Source: a virus (taxonomy: Duplodnaviria; Heunggongvirae; Uroviricota; Caudoviricetes). From it: DNA of 64,000 bases. The notes below the pieces were generated by a model. It had not been told where the DNA came from, did not search any database, and saw only the letters and a list, made by a program, of their open reading frames with translations. The position numbers and the translations under genes were made by a program. Positions 38,501-48,867 of this stretch are shown here, in pieces; within the stretch, counting starts at the first letter, position 1, and each line of letters opens with the position of its first letter. Where the stretch lies: IMG/VR virus record IMGVR_UViG_3300042296_001032; one strand, given 5' to 3'.

Positions 38501-39929
38501 TATGGCCTTTAGATTTAAATAGCCACCATGCGTTTATAACTAATCTTCTCCATAATTCAAAATCCATTTCTTTAGGTGAAAGGTTTCTTGAGTACCCTGA
38601 AAAAGGTACATTATATGGATTACCATAACCTTCTTCACCAGAATTACCAGGTAAAGTATTATTAAATAGATTATTGTCAAAGAAACTTAATAACACATCT
38701 AACCCTAATTCAGATGCTAAAACTTTAACTAATTCATCTGCGGTATTATCTTTTTTATCGTATGTTACTATTCTTGAAATGGATATCCCATCAATATATT
38801 TTTTAACCTCATCAAATTCTCTACCGTAAATTCTTAAAAGTTTGTTAACTTTTCTACCATAAACGTCTGTGTTATCACCTTCAGTATCAAACTCTATGAT
38901 TGAATCGGAAACAAATCTTCTAGCAATAAGGTCTGTTTTATTTGCATCCATTTGAATTCCTATATCAATCCAATCATTAAGGTAGTTTGTGAATTCAGTT
39001 GAACCATTATCAAGATTATAACCATCACTTGTTGGCCAAGTTAATCTTCTATTACTACTGAATAGTGTACCTGATTCAGTTCTTATAGGTAAATTAACAG
39101 CTATTGTATATTGTGGGGTTATAAGTCTATTTAACATGTTAGACTCAAATTCATTTAAACGGCTGAAGAAATATTTGTTTATTAATTCCTCTTTAGGTCT
39201 AACGTGGTAGACAAAACTACCAAAACCAACACCATTTAAATTAGGCCATGGATTACCATTAACTTGTAGATAAACGTAATTATCTAAACTTGTACTACCA
39301 GTAAAACCTAAAACATAAAAATCACCAAATATATTTGTGACTTGGTAATCCAAAAAGCTATTATTTAAGTCGGATATATCACCGTAATTATTAATATTAA
39401 ATAATGGGTTTTGTGCAAAGACTAAACCAAATTTATTTTTTATTAATGATACGGGTATTTTGAATGTAGAGGTTCCTGATATACTATCATAGTTATAGTT
39501 TAATACAGTATTTCTTGGTATTCTTTCTGGGTCATCGTCTATTAAATTATCGACGTATAAAGAACCTTTCCATTTTAATAAAATTTGTTCGATATTACTT
39601 TTAATGAATTGGAAAAAACTACCAAAATAAACATAACCTTCTAATCTATTAGGGTCTATGTTTAGTGATATTTTTAAACTCTCGTTTGAAAGAACTTGTG
39701 ATTCATCTATAGTTAGATTTAAATCATTTAAAGTATATGCGTCAGAAAAACTACCGGTGTTATAAACCTTACTTAAACTAGCTGAAGCATTTGTTGTAAT
39801 AGCAAAATTGCCTAATGTAAAAAGTGTTACACCATTAGTAAATTGTTGTCCTACTAGGTTTGGTGAAAAGTCACCTTGCCCTTTTTTATATGGTTCCGTT
39901 ATTGAACCAGGTACTACTTTTTTAGACAT
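35595..39929 (-). CDS. Baseplate wedge subunit (P2 gpI/T4 gp7-like core) with cysteine-repeat extension
   Basis: WRRLVINAWWLFKSKGHRKVLEFFL resembles the phage tail protein I motif; about seven Cys repeats in the C-terminal half. Confidence 0.6.
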   Translation of the reverse strand: MSKKVVPGSITEPYKKGQGDFSPNLVGQQFTNGVTLFTLGNFAITTNASASLSKVYNTGSFSDAYTLNDLNLTIDESQVLSNESLKISLNIDPNRLEGYVYFGSFFQFIKSNIEQILLKWKGSLYVDNLIDDDPERIPRNTVLNYNYDSISGTSTFKIPVSLIKNKFGLVFAQNPLFNINNYGDISDLNNSFLDYQVTNIFGDFYVLGFTGSTSLDNYVYLQVNGNPWPNLNGVGFGSFVYHVRPKEELINKYFFSRLNEFESNMLNRLITPQYTIAVNLPIRTESGTLFSSNRRLTWPTSDGYNLDNGSTEFTNYLNDWIDIGIQMDANKTDLIARRFVSDSIIEFDTEGDNTDVYGRKVNKLLRIYGREFDEVKKYIDGISISRIVTYDKKDNTADELVKVLASELGLDVLLSFFDNNLFNNTLPGNSGEEGYGNPYNVPFSGYSRNLSPKEMDFELWRRLVINAWWLFKSKGHRKVLEFFLNLFGIQKCVVSLDEYLYIAKDKLNADKVYTLLAEYFDQPVDDFISSLTAGEISYPIDQYGFPKVPADGDAFYYQMNGFWYNGGNLSEIGNNPHIGPYDYGKMYLDRFRCFVEDFQGTTTGTTTFITLDNLFKDFNNGDIEDGVSNYGGDYAQILNDNNQISSNATVVMAGGVGDVTYGHSGASLRITFSYGGSNCELTCPTDLIYYDNGIIFANDLTPVAVDLTNIYSLLNTNQQDLIVASQITEQCCSNIGGYYLPSSVSTITTICPTEGQISILPSGLVFGVENETCCTNIVVGTDVYWDGTRCILADINSNTVVDVFTADELFYDPIIQTNNTNFVCYWCPPTNVYCGTEYYDLLINSNKQLKVPSGTNGNGGGGGPINFGCTLGVGTTYNDTDGFSYIISSSSEPAPSGYQMCASFYTSQWTPILGTSPLLYEKGCCRGYRNNNNTGGGATGGAIGEVQLGPASLVYCPNISDIIINNNIVYYNYTANPNTSTVQKLGELCCTQSVVGQQVVWDGTNCVLANPVNIKCPDITNIAISPTGVVYYVNNGTTQLLSAECCTKDVVGNDVTISINGECVVSNSPSNCTFTILQTGLVSGISTPDCCTESVVGQPVIWNGNSCNLIPNDFCVIMSVSDENISNLECCKAKGGYIGLDAFGNQVCLDLADTSISVSTTNCPTTFTFLDNLVLIGTDTFIQTEVLGSDGSPLDANCCKNYTTITGDLNYHYDVNTKKCVKTEIAEFTSCRHTLIETYMSLLYPQYHVGSNYGIYGLNERVYVKLKKLIINGYDYLSGYSNLPSTVLDANYLPPDKWNSVLFIQKTLNDLSIDFSKAQLPGQPLNLSNTPNTQGTLTNIFNNGYGFYFIGLNNYSYKIELEVYTISNPSDVKTIYYSSSSSGIVVSDVDIQDVTLKTECGYQVKRTINTSNESCYTVGMNITAGIDVEPSQCYPYILGGNTYL

Positions 39930-39936
39930 TTAATTT

Positions 39937-40839
39937 TTAAATATTTCCTATATTAGTTATCGTGTCAAAATCTTTTGTGTCATCAATCTCATTAACTTCT
40001 TCTCTAATTTCATAAAGTGGTTCACTATTAAATGTATCTTGTACCTCATAAAGATTGTATTGTTTGTAAATTCTATTTTCAAAGTCGTAGATAGTATATT
40101 TACCATCAACAATACTTTTACTTTGATTCCCAAACAAACCATAAGCAAGAGTCTCAACATCATATTCAACCATTTCTAATTCAATTGTTACGGGATTAAA
40201 AAAGGTATTTGTAATAACAACAGCCTGACCAGGTGAACCAATAAAAGGTATTTTATTTGGTGTAACCACTGAAGGTGAAGACGGTGTTAATGTACAAAAC
40301 AATAAATTTGAGTTGTCATTAAATCTATATCTAATAGCTTTTTGTGATGTATTAGATAAATTTTGATTTACTGCTTCAGTTAAATTAGCTGAAGTAACTA
40401 TTCTATATAAATTAGGTATGATTTGATTTGTGTTATCAATATATTCAATTCGATACCCAACCATAGAGTCATTTTGACCCAAAACAGGTGGTAAACTATT
40501 AGTATCAAATACTAAACCTTTAATGTCGGGGTAAGCTGATAAAACACCACAATCCGCTATTGTAACGTAATATTGTTTTGGTCTTATCATTATTGTATAA
40601 AATCCCTTTGACGAAAATAAATTCGAAGGTAGATTTAAATTATATAAACCACTCAATAATGGTTGTACCCCATTAATATTTAATGGGTTATTAAATTGTG
40701 TTAAAAAAGAGTTTGCGTCTAAAACTCTTACAGGTACAGATGGCGGTACGTCTCTACTAGGTGAATAGGTATAAAAAATATCTATATCATCTGCTGATAC
40801 GTTAGCCGGTCTTACCGTTCCATAGTTGCCTGTAGCCAT
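39937..40839 (-). CDS. Hypothetical structural-block protein
   Basis: 300-aa ORF in the operon. Confidence 0.55.
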   Translation of the reverse strand: MATGNYGTVRPANVSADDIDIFYTYSPSRDVPPSVPVRVLDANSFLTQFNNPLNINGVQPLLSGLYNLNLPSNLFSSKGFYTIMIRPKQYYVTIADCGVLSAYPDIKGLVFDTNSLPPVLGQNDSMVGYRIEYIDNTNQIIPNLYRIVTSANLTEAVNQNLSNTSQKAIRYRFNDNSNLLFCTLTPSSPSVVTPNKIPFIGSPGQAVVITNTFFNPVTIELEMVEYDVETLAYGLFGNQSKSIVDGKYTIYDFENRIYKQYNLYEVQDTFNSEPLYEIREEVNEIDDTKDFDTITNIGNI

Positions 40840-40840
40840 G

Positions 40841-41281
40841 TTATTCTATATTAAAAATATTGTAATACCCATTTTTATAATCAGTTAATTGTTCAATTGT
40901 TTCTATTTCTTCCATTCTAAGATGTCTTTCAAAAACAGATATTGACTGTCTTTCAATAAATATCTCTGTTTTAATTTTAGGTGGAAAAGCTATACCCATT
41001 TCTGCTTCTCTTTTTACAACATTAATGTTTTGTTGCGTTAAACCATTAGCTTCAAAAAAATAAACTGTTTGGGTTTTAAAGAAAAGGTCAGAATCTTCAA
41101 ATAAAGGTTTTAATACTGAAGTCTTGTAGTTGATACCATTTATGGTATATTCTACATAAGATAAACTATCACCCTCAGTAACAACTTCTGTAACTCCATT
41201 AATCCCTACTTGATATGGATTATTATCGTCGTATGTCTTAACTAAATTTAATTTTGAGTCTGTAAATCCTGTTATTATCAT
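40841..41281 (-). CDS. Hypothetical structural-block protein
   Basis: 146-aa ORF in the operon. Confidence 0.55.
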   Translation of the reverse strand: MIITGFTDSKLNLVKTYDDNNPYQVGINGVTEVVTEGDSLSYVEYTINGINYKTSVLKPLFEDSDLFFKTQTVYFFEANGLTQQNINVVKREAEMGIAFPPKIKTEIFIERQSISVFERHLRMEEIETIEQLTDYKNGYYNIFNIE

Positions 41282-44181
41282 CCTAAATAAGTTATTCCAT
41301 CACTAGGTCCATTTGAGTCCCCGTTATTACCTGTAAATATGCCAGGTTGTTTATCTTCTGAATTACATTTAAAACAAAAAAGACATTTCATACAATTGTT
41401 GTTGGGACAGTTAGGGTCATTAACAACTCTCCTACATTTAAGGGGTATTTTGGTGCCGCTTAAACAAGTACTGTTAGCTTCTGTAACCCCAATTTCATCA
41501 AACCCTAGTTGTATTGCTTCCGTAACCCCATAATTATTAGTGAAATCAGTGTTAGGTTTATATTGTACAGCCCCACCATGTAATATACCACCAACATATA
41601 AAGCGTCTGTACTAACACCTATTTCAGATGTATCTACTAAAACACCATTTTTGTTTTTTACATCACGACAAAATTTATTTGCTTTAGAGAATGCTAATCC
41701 ATACCCATTATAGGTTGGGTTTTGTGGGTCATAAAAAGGTCCGTAATAAACATCACTGTCTGTTGTTTGCATAGCTATTTTAGTTCCTCTATCTAAAACC
41801 GTTTGTGCTGACCTAGGTGTCATTTGTCCATGACAACTTGAGCACTTACTATTAAAATAAGGTCCTGATGTCGATATATCTAATGAACTACTATAAGATT
41901 TGGCACAACAACCACCTTTAGCATTACTGAATCCATAATTCCATAAATGTGGTACTGTTGTCCCAGTACCAAAAGTAGCTTCTTTCGTTGGATTTGATGT
42001 TGTTAACGTAAAATAAGGTTGTTGTAAAAATATATTACTATTCGACTGGTCTACTAAATTAATATCAATCTCACTTAAATTATTAAATCCACCTAATTGA
42101 CATGTCGGTGAGACATTTGTAAAAGAATATGTAAGATTATTATTTAATGTGTTTATTAAATTTGTGGCAACATAAGCGTAGTTTTTCCAACCACCATGGG
42201 AACTAGGTCCAACTGGTGCGTCACTTTGTTGTACCGTAGTTTTTGTTAATGGATTATCATTTAAAAATTCTGTATTATCTTTAGTTCCAGGTTTTAAAAA
42301 TATATAAGGTGAATCGTATCTAGTTTTACTAAATAAACCAATATCTACTGAACTACTATTTTCTGAATTTATTTTAGGATAACTTTTACTGTATTCAATA
42401 AACCCATCACCGTTTCTATCAAAATAAGAAACATAATTTTCTTTTACTGAACAGGTAAAAGTTAATTCTTTTAATAATTCATTAGGATTACTAAAATAAT
42501 TTAAACTATTATTACTACTATTATCGATTACTGTAGTATTAATTGAATCACCAAAATCATTTAGAACAGTAACTATAGGGTTAGCATAAAATGTACCAAC
42601 AGCTATACCTGTTGTTGATGGTGCCCAAGGAACTATATTACTAGGGTTTTTATATCCCATTAAATAATCTGACCACGTTTTACCTTTAACCTCTACCGAA
42701 CCATTAGATATATAATGAAAAGTTTCACCATTATTTTGTCTGTTACTCGGTGTCCCTAAAAAAGTATTTATTTCTGATATATTTTGTGACCATACAAAAC
42801 TACTCACGTCTGTTGTTGGTGTAGGTGGTGTAGGTGTGGGTGATGACGTACTACCCTTTATTAGTTGTAGTCTTAAATATTTAGCATATTTTTCGTATTC
42901 ACTGATATTTTCATCAGAATTTATGTAAGTAATTTTAACTTTTGTATTAGTATTTGGTTTTAAAATAATATCCCTATAAGGTTTTGTTGTATAATATTTA
43001 GGAATAGTAGTTGTTGATTTTGCTTTCCATATTCTAACTTTATTATCTAACGTATAAGATTCCTTACTTTGATTAAAAGATATATCGTTATCTAAATTTT
43101 GTATTAAAGTATTTCCAGGTAATAATGGCATAAAACCATTACCTTCATCGATTTCTATTTTTACAGAAGCACCATACCAACCACCTTTAGTAAAGTTATT
43201 CTCACCGTCTAATTGATTTATTAACCTTAATGTTAAGGTACAATCTGTTTTTTTAATAAATAATTGTTGTGTATCGTTTAATAAAAGATTATCATTCCAA
43301 GGGCCCCAATCAGTATAAAATGCTAAGCAATTTAATTCATCATAACCACTGTTAGCCGATTTTTTATAATTTTCTACACTATTGTAAGTACAACAAGTAT
43401 TGTCAAAACATGGTGTGTATCCATTAACACCAACTAATGAAACATCATAATTACTCGCACTTGGGTCATTACAAAATTCTACTGGTTGTAGTGTGTCACC
43501 ACCATTAGATGATGTAGTAACACAAGCTTTACCACTACCTAAGACACTTATAACACCGTAATTTTCTGCGGCTGTACATAAACCATTTGTGTAATCACCT
43601 GTCTGTGTGTTAAAATATATTGAAGTAGCTATACTCCAACTACCTAAATATGGTCCCCATATTGCAACAATATCAGTTGTTAAATTAAGGGTTGTTAAAT
43701 TAGTTTCACCTTTACATGTTTGGTTGACTGGGGTTACATCCATACCAGATAAAATTATCTGTTGCCCAACTTGTAAATTTGCTGCGTCTATGTCTGTGGT
43801 TGTTAACCAAATTAAATTACCCTCAGATATTGGTAAAGTGTCTCCTTGTGGCCAAGGATTAAAAACACTCCAATCTCTTATGTCAATACAAATGGGTGTT
43901 GGCGTAGTAGTGGTGTTACCAGAACTACTCGTGTTATGACCTGGATTAGATATTACAAGACCTTCATTCCATATACTACTAAAATCTACTAATTCAAATT
44001 TAGGTTTTCCTTCACCTTTTATATAATGACCAATATTTTTAATATCTTGTTCTAAACCAAATTGTATATAATAAAAATCGGAAATAGGTCGATAGACAAT
44101 GGTATCTTTAATACCATCCCCATCACTATCAATTAATTTAAATGACTTATAATAAGGTATCTTTCTATCATAAAAACTCAT
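41278..44181 (-). CDS. Large virion protein with DxDxDG motifs and a Cys-rich C-terminus
   Basis: DSDGDG, DRNGDG, CNDPSASNY, Thr/Pro linkers, C-terminal CLFCFKC cluster. Confidence 0.55.
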   Translation of the reverse strand: MSFYDRKIPYYKSFKLIDSDGDGIKDTIVYRPISDFYYIQFGLEQDIKNIGHYIKGEGKPKFELVDFSSIWNEGLVISNPGHNTSSSGNTTTTPTPICIDIRDWSVFNPWPQGDTLPISEGNLIWLTTTDIDAANLQVGQQIILSGMDVTPVNQTCKGETNLTTLNLTTDIVAIWGPYLGSWSIATSIYFNTQTGDYTNGLCTAAENYGVISVLGSGKACVTTSSNGGDTLQPVEFCNDPSASNYDVSLVGVNGYTPCFDNTCCTYNSVENYKKSANSGYDELNCLAFYTDWGPWNDNLLLNDTQQLFIKKTDCTLTLRLINQLDGENNFTKGGWYGASVKIEIDEGNGFMPLLPGNTLIQNLDNDISFNQSKESYTLDNKVRIWKAKSTTTIPKYYTTKPYRDIILKPNTNTKVKITYINSDENISEYEKYAKYLRLQLIKGSTSSPTPTPPTPTTDVSSFVWSQNISEINTFLGTPSNRQNNGETFHYISNGSVEVKGKTWSDYLMGYKNPSNIVPWAPSTTGIAVGTFYANPIVTVLNDFGDSINTTVIDNSSNNSLNYFSNPNELLKELTFTCSVKENYVSYFDRNGDGFIEYSKSYPKINSENSSSVDIGLFSKTRYDSPYIFLKPGTKDNTEFLNDNPLTKTTVQQSDAPVGPSSHGGWKNYAYVATNLINTLNNNLTYSFTNVSPTCQLGGFNNLSEIDINLVDQSNSNIFLQQPYFTLTTSNPTKEATFGTGTTVPHLWNYGFSNAKGGCCAKSYSSSLDISTSGPYFNSKCSSCHGQMTPRSAQTVLDRGTKIAMQTTDSDVYYGPFYDPQNPTYNGYGLAFSKANKFCRDVKNKNGVLVDTSEIGVSTDALYVGGILHGGAVQYKPNTDFTNNYGVTEAIQLGFDEIGVTEANSTCLSGTKIPLKCRRVVNDPNCPNNNCMKCLFCFKCNSEDKQPGIFTGNNGDSNGPSDGITYLG

Positions 44182-45173
44182 TATGTACTTAATATAAATT
44201 CTGTCATTGTTATTGTATTTTGTGTGTTTGCACCAATACCTGGTTCTACCCTAAACCAACGATTACCGTTATTAGTAGTAGGGTTTAAAATAGTGATTTG
44301 GCTTGTTTTCCAAGTTTGGTTATTAGCTAAATCACTTACAGTTATTGGTGACGCAATATAAATTGGTACATTAAAAAATCTATGGACTCTACCTGTTTTA
44401 GCGTTAAAAAATCTAGCCTCCATATAAATTTTTTTATTACCCGTACCTGTAATTGGGTTGTCGGACATTAACCAATAAATTTTATTTAAATTAAACGAAG
44501 GCATTGTACTACCATTAGCAGATATATCTTCTGATGACAATAAATTTTGTTTTTTATTATTATTACTGTCATAAAAATATAACCTAAAAAAACTTTTTTT
44601 AAAGTTATTTTTAACACCAATATCTTGTGGTACAAATCCAGCGGTAATATAATTAGGGGTATCATACATACCACTATCCTTATTATAAAATCTAAAATTT
44701 ATAGTTACAGTATTATAATTTTCAGGGATGTATTTAACTTTTTCTCCATCTATAATTGGGTTTATGGCTTTTTTCTTTTCTCTTTCAATAAAATTATCGA
44801 TATCATCAGAATAATCTACAACCTCAAATTTAACATTTATAGGTATGTTAATATTTTTGTAATTATAATCAGGGTTTATTGTATTACCTGAAGAAATTAA
44901 AATACCACCCTCTGATACATCAAAATATCCACCAATATTTTCAATTAATGCTGTTTTTAAATTACTAAAAGAACTTTTGGTAAAATAATTTTTACCGATA
45001 TTTTTAGGTATTTGTAATTGATTGCCAGATTGCCCAGGTTTAATAGCATAAGTAGTTAAATAATCAGTAAACTGTTGTGTACCCGTAACTACGTTGACCA
45101 TCGGTTCTACTGTTCCACCTGTTATTGTGGGGTAATTTAATCTTATTTTATATCTATACGTACTCATTAACAC
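44181..45173 (-). CDS. Hypothetical baseplate-region protein
   Basis: 330-aa ORF in the operon. Confidence 0.55.
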   Translation of the reverse strand: MLMSTYRYKIRLNYPTITGGTVEPMVNVVTGTQQFTDYLTTYAIKPGQSGNQLQIPKNIGKNYFTKSSFSNLKTALIENIGGYFDVSEGGILISSGNTINPDYNYKNINIPINVKFEVVDYSDDIDNFIEREKKKAINPIIDGEKVKYIPENYNTVTINFRFYNKDSGMYDTPNYITAGFVPQDIGVKNNFKKSFFRLYFYDSNNNKKQNLLSSEDISANGSTMPSFNLNKIYWLMSDNPITGTGNKKIYMEARFFNAKTGRVHRFFNVPIYIASPITVSDLANNQTWKTSQITILNPTTNNGNRWFRVEPGIGANTQNTITMTEFILST

Positions 45174-46981
45174 TTAACTGTTGCTGAAGGGTTCACCGTT
45201 AAAGGTTCAATTGTTATTTCTGGTATTTGTCTCCTAACATATATAAATTTATTTAAATATATATAGTTAGCACCATTTAAAAATGGGTAATTAACGCCAT
45301 TGTCACCATTTTCTATATAACCTGGTTCTAGAATATCCCTCCATTCAAGAGAACCATTAGGTCTTAATTCTGAATCACCAGGAATACCAACAACGTTTTG
45401 TCCAACATATGCTGATTCAATAATATTAGAAAATTTCCTAATGTCTAATTTAGAGAAAGGGTCTATATAATAACCTTTTTCGGGTGTGTTATTAGTATTT
45501 AAAGCAAATCTATGTATTATTTTAGAAACTGTTCTTTCTAAAATATCCCCTCTATTATATTCAACAAAGTCACCAAAATACTCACTAGTTTTGGGTATGT
45601 TTTTTTCAATAGTCCCTATACCGCTTGGGTTATTAAGTGATATTGTTTCTATTTTGTTAGAACTATCTGCGTAACTATATTCAAAATCCCAATTAGCGGT
45701 TACATCTGACCAATTAAAATTATTTGCTCCTGCTCTTTTTATTGTACCTAGGTATAGTTGGGTTAATTCACCGTCTTTATGACTGTATATAAACTTAGTA
45801 TTTATGTCTTGTATAAAGGTAAATAACCAAGTATCGTTAGCTATAGCTAATTTATTAATTTTAGTTTTTGGGTAAATGTTAGTACCAAATGAAGTTGCTT
45901 TATTAACTTCGTAATCATTACCTGTTAACAAAGTAAATTTTCTTATATAATAATCTGACGGTATACCATCCATTCTTCTAAATGGTATACTTAAATTATT
46001 AATATTTAACCCAGGTATATTACTTATTTTTAAATCAATAATAAAATTGTATCTATCAATAATTTTTTCAACCCTATATAAACCATTGAGTATAAAAGGT
46101 CCATTTACGGTTCTTATGTCTATGTAATCAGAAACCCTTAAATTATGTGTTAATGCTGAAAAGCTGGGTGATAGGTTACCTGTAGTTACTTTGGTATAAT
46201 TTGCATTAGTAGAGGTTCCACTTAAATCTGTAGATACTACTTTTATAATGTTCTGTGTGTTAAGAAAATTTATGTCGTTATCAGAAACATTTATCACTCT
46301 TTTTAAAATCAATTCATTATCGGGACCAATATATTTAGTTGTTAACCTAAATTTTGTTTCCGAATACTGTCCGTTAACACCTAAAAAATCTACATCATGA
46401 AAACCAGTATAAATACTATTATGTGTGTTACTGTATATGTAACAAAAATCACCCTCAACCAATTTATTTTTTTGTTGGGTCTCCAATAAAACTTGTTCTT
46501 TAGTGCCAGAAGGGTCAGTAGAAATTAAATTTTTTATAGTAATACCTTTATAAGCCTGATTGTCTCCTACTTTAGTGTATTTATCAATTTTACTAGGGTA
46601 CAGTATTTGTAAAACCCAATTATTTGGTATAGGTGGGTTTTGATTAGTTATTACATTACCAGAACCAAAAAGTGGGGTCCAATCAGAATTGTTTGGTCTT
46701 GTTATACCAATAGTTTGTGGGTTAGCCCCTGTTGTAACTGTTGTTGCTGTGTAATTAATTGAATTGTCGGTAATAATGTTTAATCTACCTAGAATTCTAT
46801 ATTTTGTAGAATTGTCTCTTTCATCTTGAAAAACTTGGTCTGCACTAAGGATTGAAATAATTTTATTAAAATTATTTTTTAACGGACTAAGGCTGCTATC
46901 TAAATTTAATTTATAGTTAAAATTAGTGTCAGGGGCCATTTTATATCTAGCCCTACCCAATAGTTGTTCAATTCTTTCCAT
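45167..46981 (-). CDS. Hypothetical baseplate-region protein
   Basis: 604-aa ORF directly downstream of the gp6-like gene. Confidence 0.55.
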   Translation of the reverse strand: MERIEQLLGRARYKMAPDTNFNYKLNLDSSLSPLKNNFNKIISILSADQVFQDERDNSTKYRILGRLNIITDNSINYTATTVTTGANPQTIGITRPNNSDWTPLFGSGNVITNQNPPIPNNWVLQILYPSKIDKYTKVGDNQAYKGITIKNLISTDPSGTKEQVLLETQQKNKLVEGDFCYIYSNTHNSIYTGFHDVDFLGVNGQYSETKFRLTTKYIGPDNELILKRVINVSDNDINFLNTQNIIKVVSTDLSGTSTNANYTKVTTGNLSPSFSALTHNLRVSDYIDIRTVNGPFILNGLYRVEKIIDRYNFIIDLKISNIPGLNINNLSIPFRRMDGIPSDYYIRKFTLLTGNDYEVNKATSFGTNIYPKTKINKLAIANDTWLFTFIQDINTKFIYSHKDGELTQLYLGTIKRAGANNFNWSDVTANWDFEYSYADSSNKIETISLNNPSGIGTIEKNIPKTSEYFGDFVEYNRGDILERTVSKIIHRFALNTNNTPEKGYYIDPFSKLDIRKFSNIIESAYVGQNVVGIPGDSELRPNGSLEWRDILEPGYIENGDNGVNYPFLNGANYIYLNKFIYVRRQIPEITIEPLTVNPSATVKC

Positions 46982-46983
46982 TG

Positions 46984-48855
46984 TTACCCTTCAGTTACAG
47001 TCGAACTTCTCTTAATCCTTACTTTTATATCCCTTTCAGGGAACTTAATTTCAAACATAGAGTCTATATCACCAAATAAAGCGTAATCAGAACCTAAATC
47101 AATTAGTTTACCATTATTAAATGGTATAACACCATTTACTAAAGATTCTGGTATGAAATTTTGTGATGTTTGGTTTAATGAATAAGGAGAACTTATTAAA
47201 TTGTAAGCTCTTATATCAATAACATTTAGTACACCACCAACATTATTAATGTTTTCAACCAATTGAGCGATATAAATATTATCACCCATTTCCCACTTCT
47301 TAACATCAAAATAATTTTTAACACTAGTAATAACGTTATTAATTAATTCTGATTGATTAATCTGTTTATCTATAAATAAGTCTATTTCAAATCCTAGGTT
47401 AACTACTTTACCATCACCAACTAATACGTAATCATTTATCATTCTATAATCTGATAACCAAGTTGCTATATTTTCTTTTAGAGTATTAGTAGATTGGTTT
47501 GTTAACTTACCTGAAGCATCTAAACCTAGTGTATAAATAATTACTTTATTTTGTTCCTCAGCTATTTTATGTCTATAAGGTGAGCCGTATCTACCAGGTA
47601 TTTTAGCTAAAATAGCTTCATAATCTTTAATAGTAACCGCTCTATTTTGTGAGGCAAAATTATACTTTGTATATTGTCTTATTTGGTCAACTGAAGGTAC
47701 CCCAGCTCCACCTATTGCTGGAATTGGGTTATTAACTCTTAACGACCTTATTACCGATTGATTTGTTGGTGTGTTGGGTCCATTTACATTTAAAGTAACA
47801 TTACCAATTGCGTTTATAGCATTAGGTCCTATATTACTACTAGGTCCACCACCAACTCTATATCTAATAAATAAGGTTGTGTTTGGTTTAATTATTTCAC
47901 CTAAAGCTGTAGTATTTATAAAGTCACCTATTTTTATACCAGTTGTAGATATGTTTTGTAATTGTTCATCGTCTGTACTAACACCACTACCAAAAGTTAA
48001 TTTACAGTAATTATTATCAGTAAATTCTCTAACAAATTTTCTTGTTGTGTGAACATACTTACCAGGTTTAACCGCTTCATTATCAGTAGTTCTACTAGTG
48101 TCTTCAATAAAAACTTTATCTTCAGCTAACGAATCCATTTCATACCATCTTAAATCTGGGTCAATGAACTGGTCTATTGTTGGGTTATTACTATAATTTG
48201 TACCTTCAAGATTTATTATACTTTCAATTGAAAGTACGTTTGTATCAGGTAAAAATATTTCAAAGAAAGGTACTGACTCACTTTGTGAGATACTCTTTTT
48301 AAAGATTTTCGTTAAACCATTAATTACTAACTCTCTTTTAACTATAGTATAATTTTGTAATGTACCATTATCATCTATGTTAGGTAGAATTAATCTATTA
48401 GGTGTACCACCTACAGTATAAGGTGAAGAAAAGTCTATATCCTCTAAATTTTCAAATACTTGTCCACCACCTAAAACTTGTGAACCGTATCTAATCGTTG
48501 GTGCGTATCTAATATCCCATGTATCACCGTATACAGGTACTACAACGGAGTAATCTACTAAAGTAATACTAGGTCTTAGACCTGGTACTTTTAACCCCAA
48601 TGTTCTTGCTATAGCTAAAACATTTTTTCTTTCTTGTGCATAATCCAAAAAAGTTTCGTTAAACATTCGGTCTGTGTGATTGGATAACATATCTCCAACA
48701 GCCGCATTTAACTCTAATAACATCATCCCTACTGATGCGTCATTAAAATCAGAAAATACTTCTGGGTAATATAATTTAATGAAATTAACTAGTTCGGTTC
48801 TTACATCAGCGAAGTTCCTCGCAAAATAATTTATTTTTTTACTTTGTGTTGCCAT
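46984..48855 (-). CDS. Baseplate wedge subunit, T4 gp6 / P2 gpJ-like
   Basis: NYFARNFADVRTEL...FSDFNDASVGMMLLEL; YRVGGG; QNRAVTIKDY. Confidence 0.85.
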   Translation of the reverse strand: MATQSKKINYFARNFADVRTELVNFIKLYYPEVFSDFNDASVGMMLLELNAAVGDMLSNHTDRMFNETFLDYAQERKNVLAIARTLGLKVPGLRPSITLVDYSVVVPVYGDTWDIRYAPTIRYGSQVLGGGQVFENLEDIDFSSPYTVGGTPNRLILPNIDDNGTLQNYTIVKRELVINGLTKIFKKSISQSESVPFFEIFLPDTNVLSIESIINLEGTNYSNNPTIDQFIDPDLRWYEMDSLAEDKVFIEDTSRTTDNEAVKPGKYVHTTRKFVREFTDNNYCKLTFGSGVSTDDEQLQNISTTGIKIGDFINTTALGEIIKPNTTLFIRYRVGGGPSSNIGPNAINAIGNVTLNVNGPNTPTNQSVIRSLRVNNPIPAIGGAGVPSVDQIRQYTKYNFASQNRAVTIKDYEAILAKIPGRYGSPYRHKIAEEQNKVIIYTLGLDASGKLTNQSTNTLKENIATWLSDYRMINDYVLVGDGKVVNLGFEIDLFIDKQINQSELINNVITSVKNYFDVKKWEMGDNIYIAQLVENINNVGGVLNVIDIRAYNLISSPYSLNQTSQNFIPESLVNGVIPFNNGKLIDLGSDYALFGDIDSMFEIKFPERDIKVRIKRSSTVTEG

Positions 48856-48867
48856 ATTTTTTTTTAT

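Noticed and set aside
41830-41844. CXXCH (CSSCH) as a c-type haem site
   Set aside because: Single occurrence in a Cys-rich region, no signal peptide, and haem attachment is periplasmic; chance or zinc binding is more likely.
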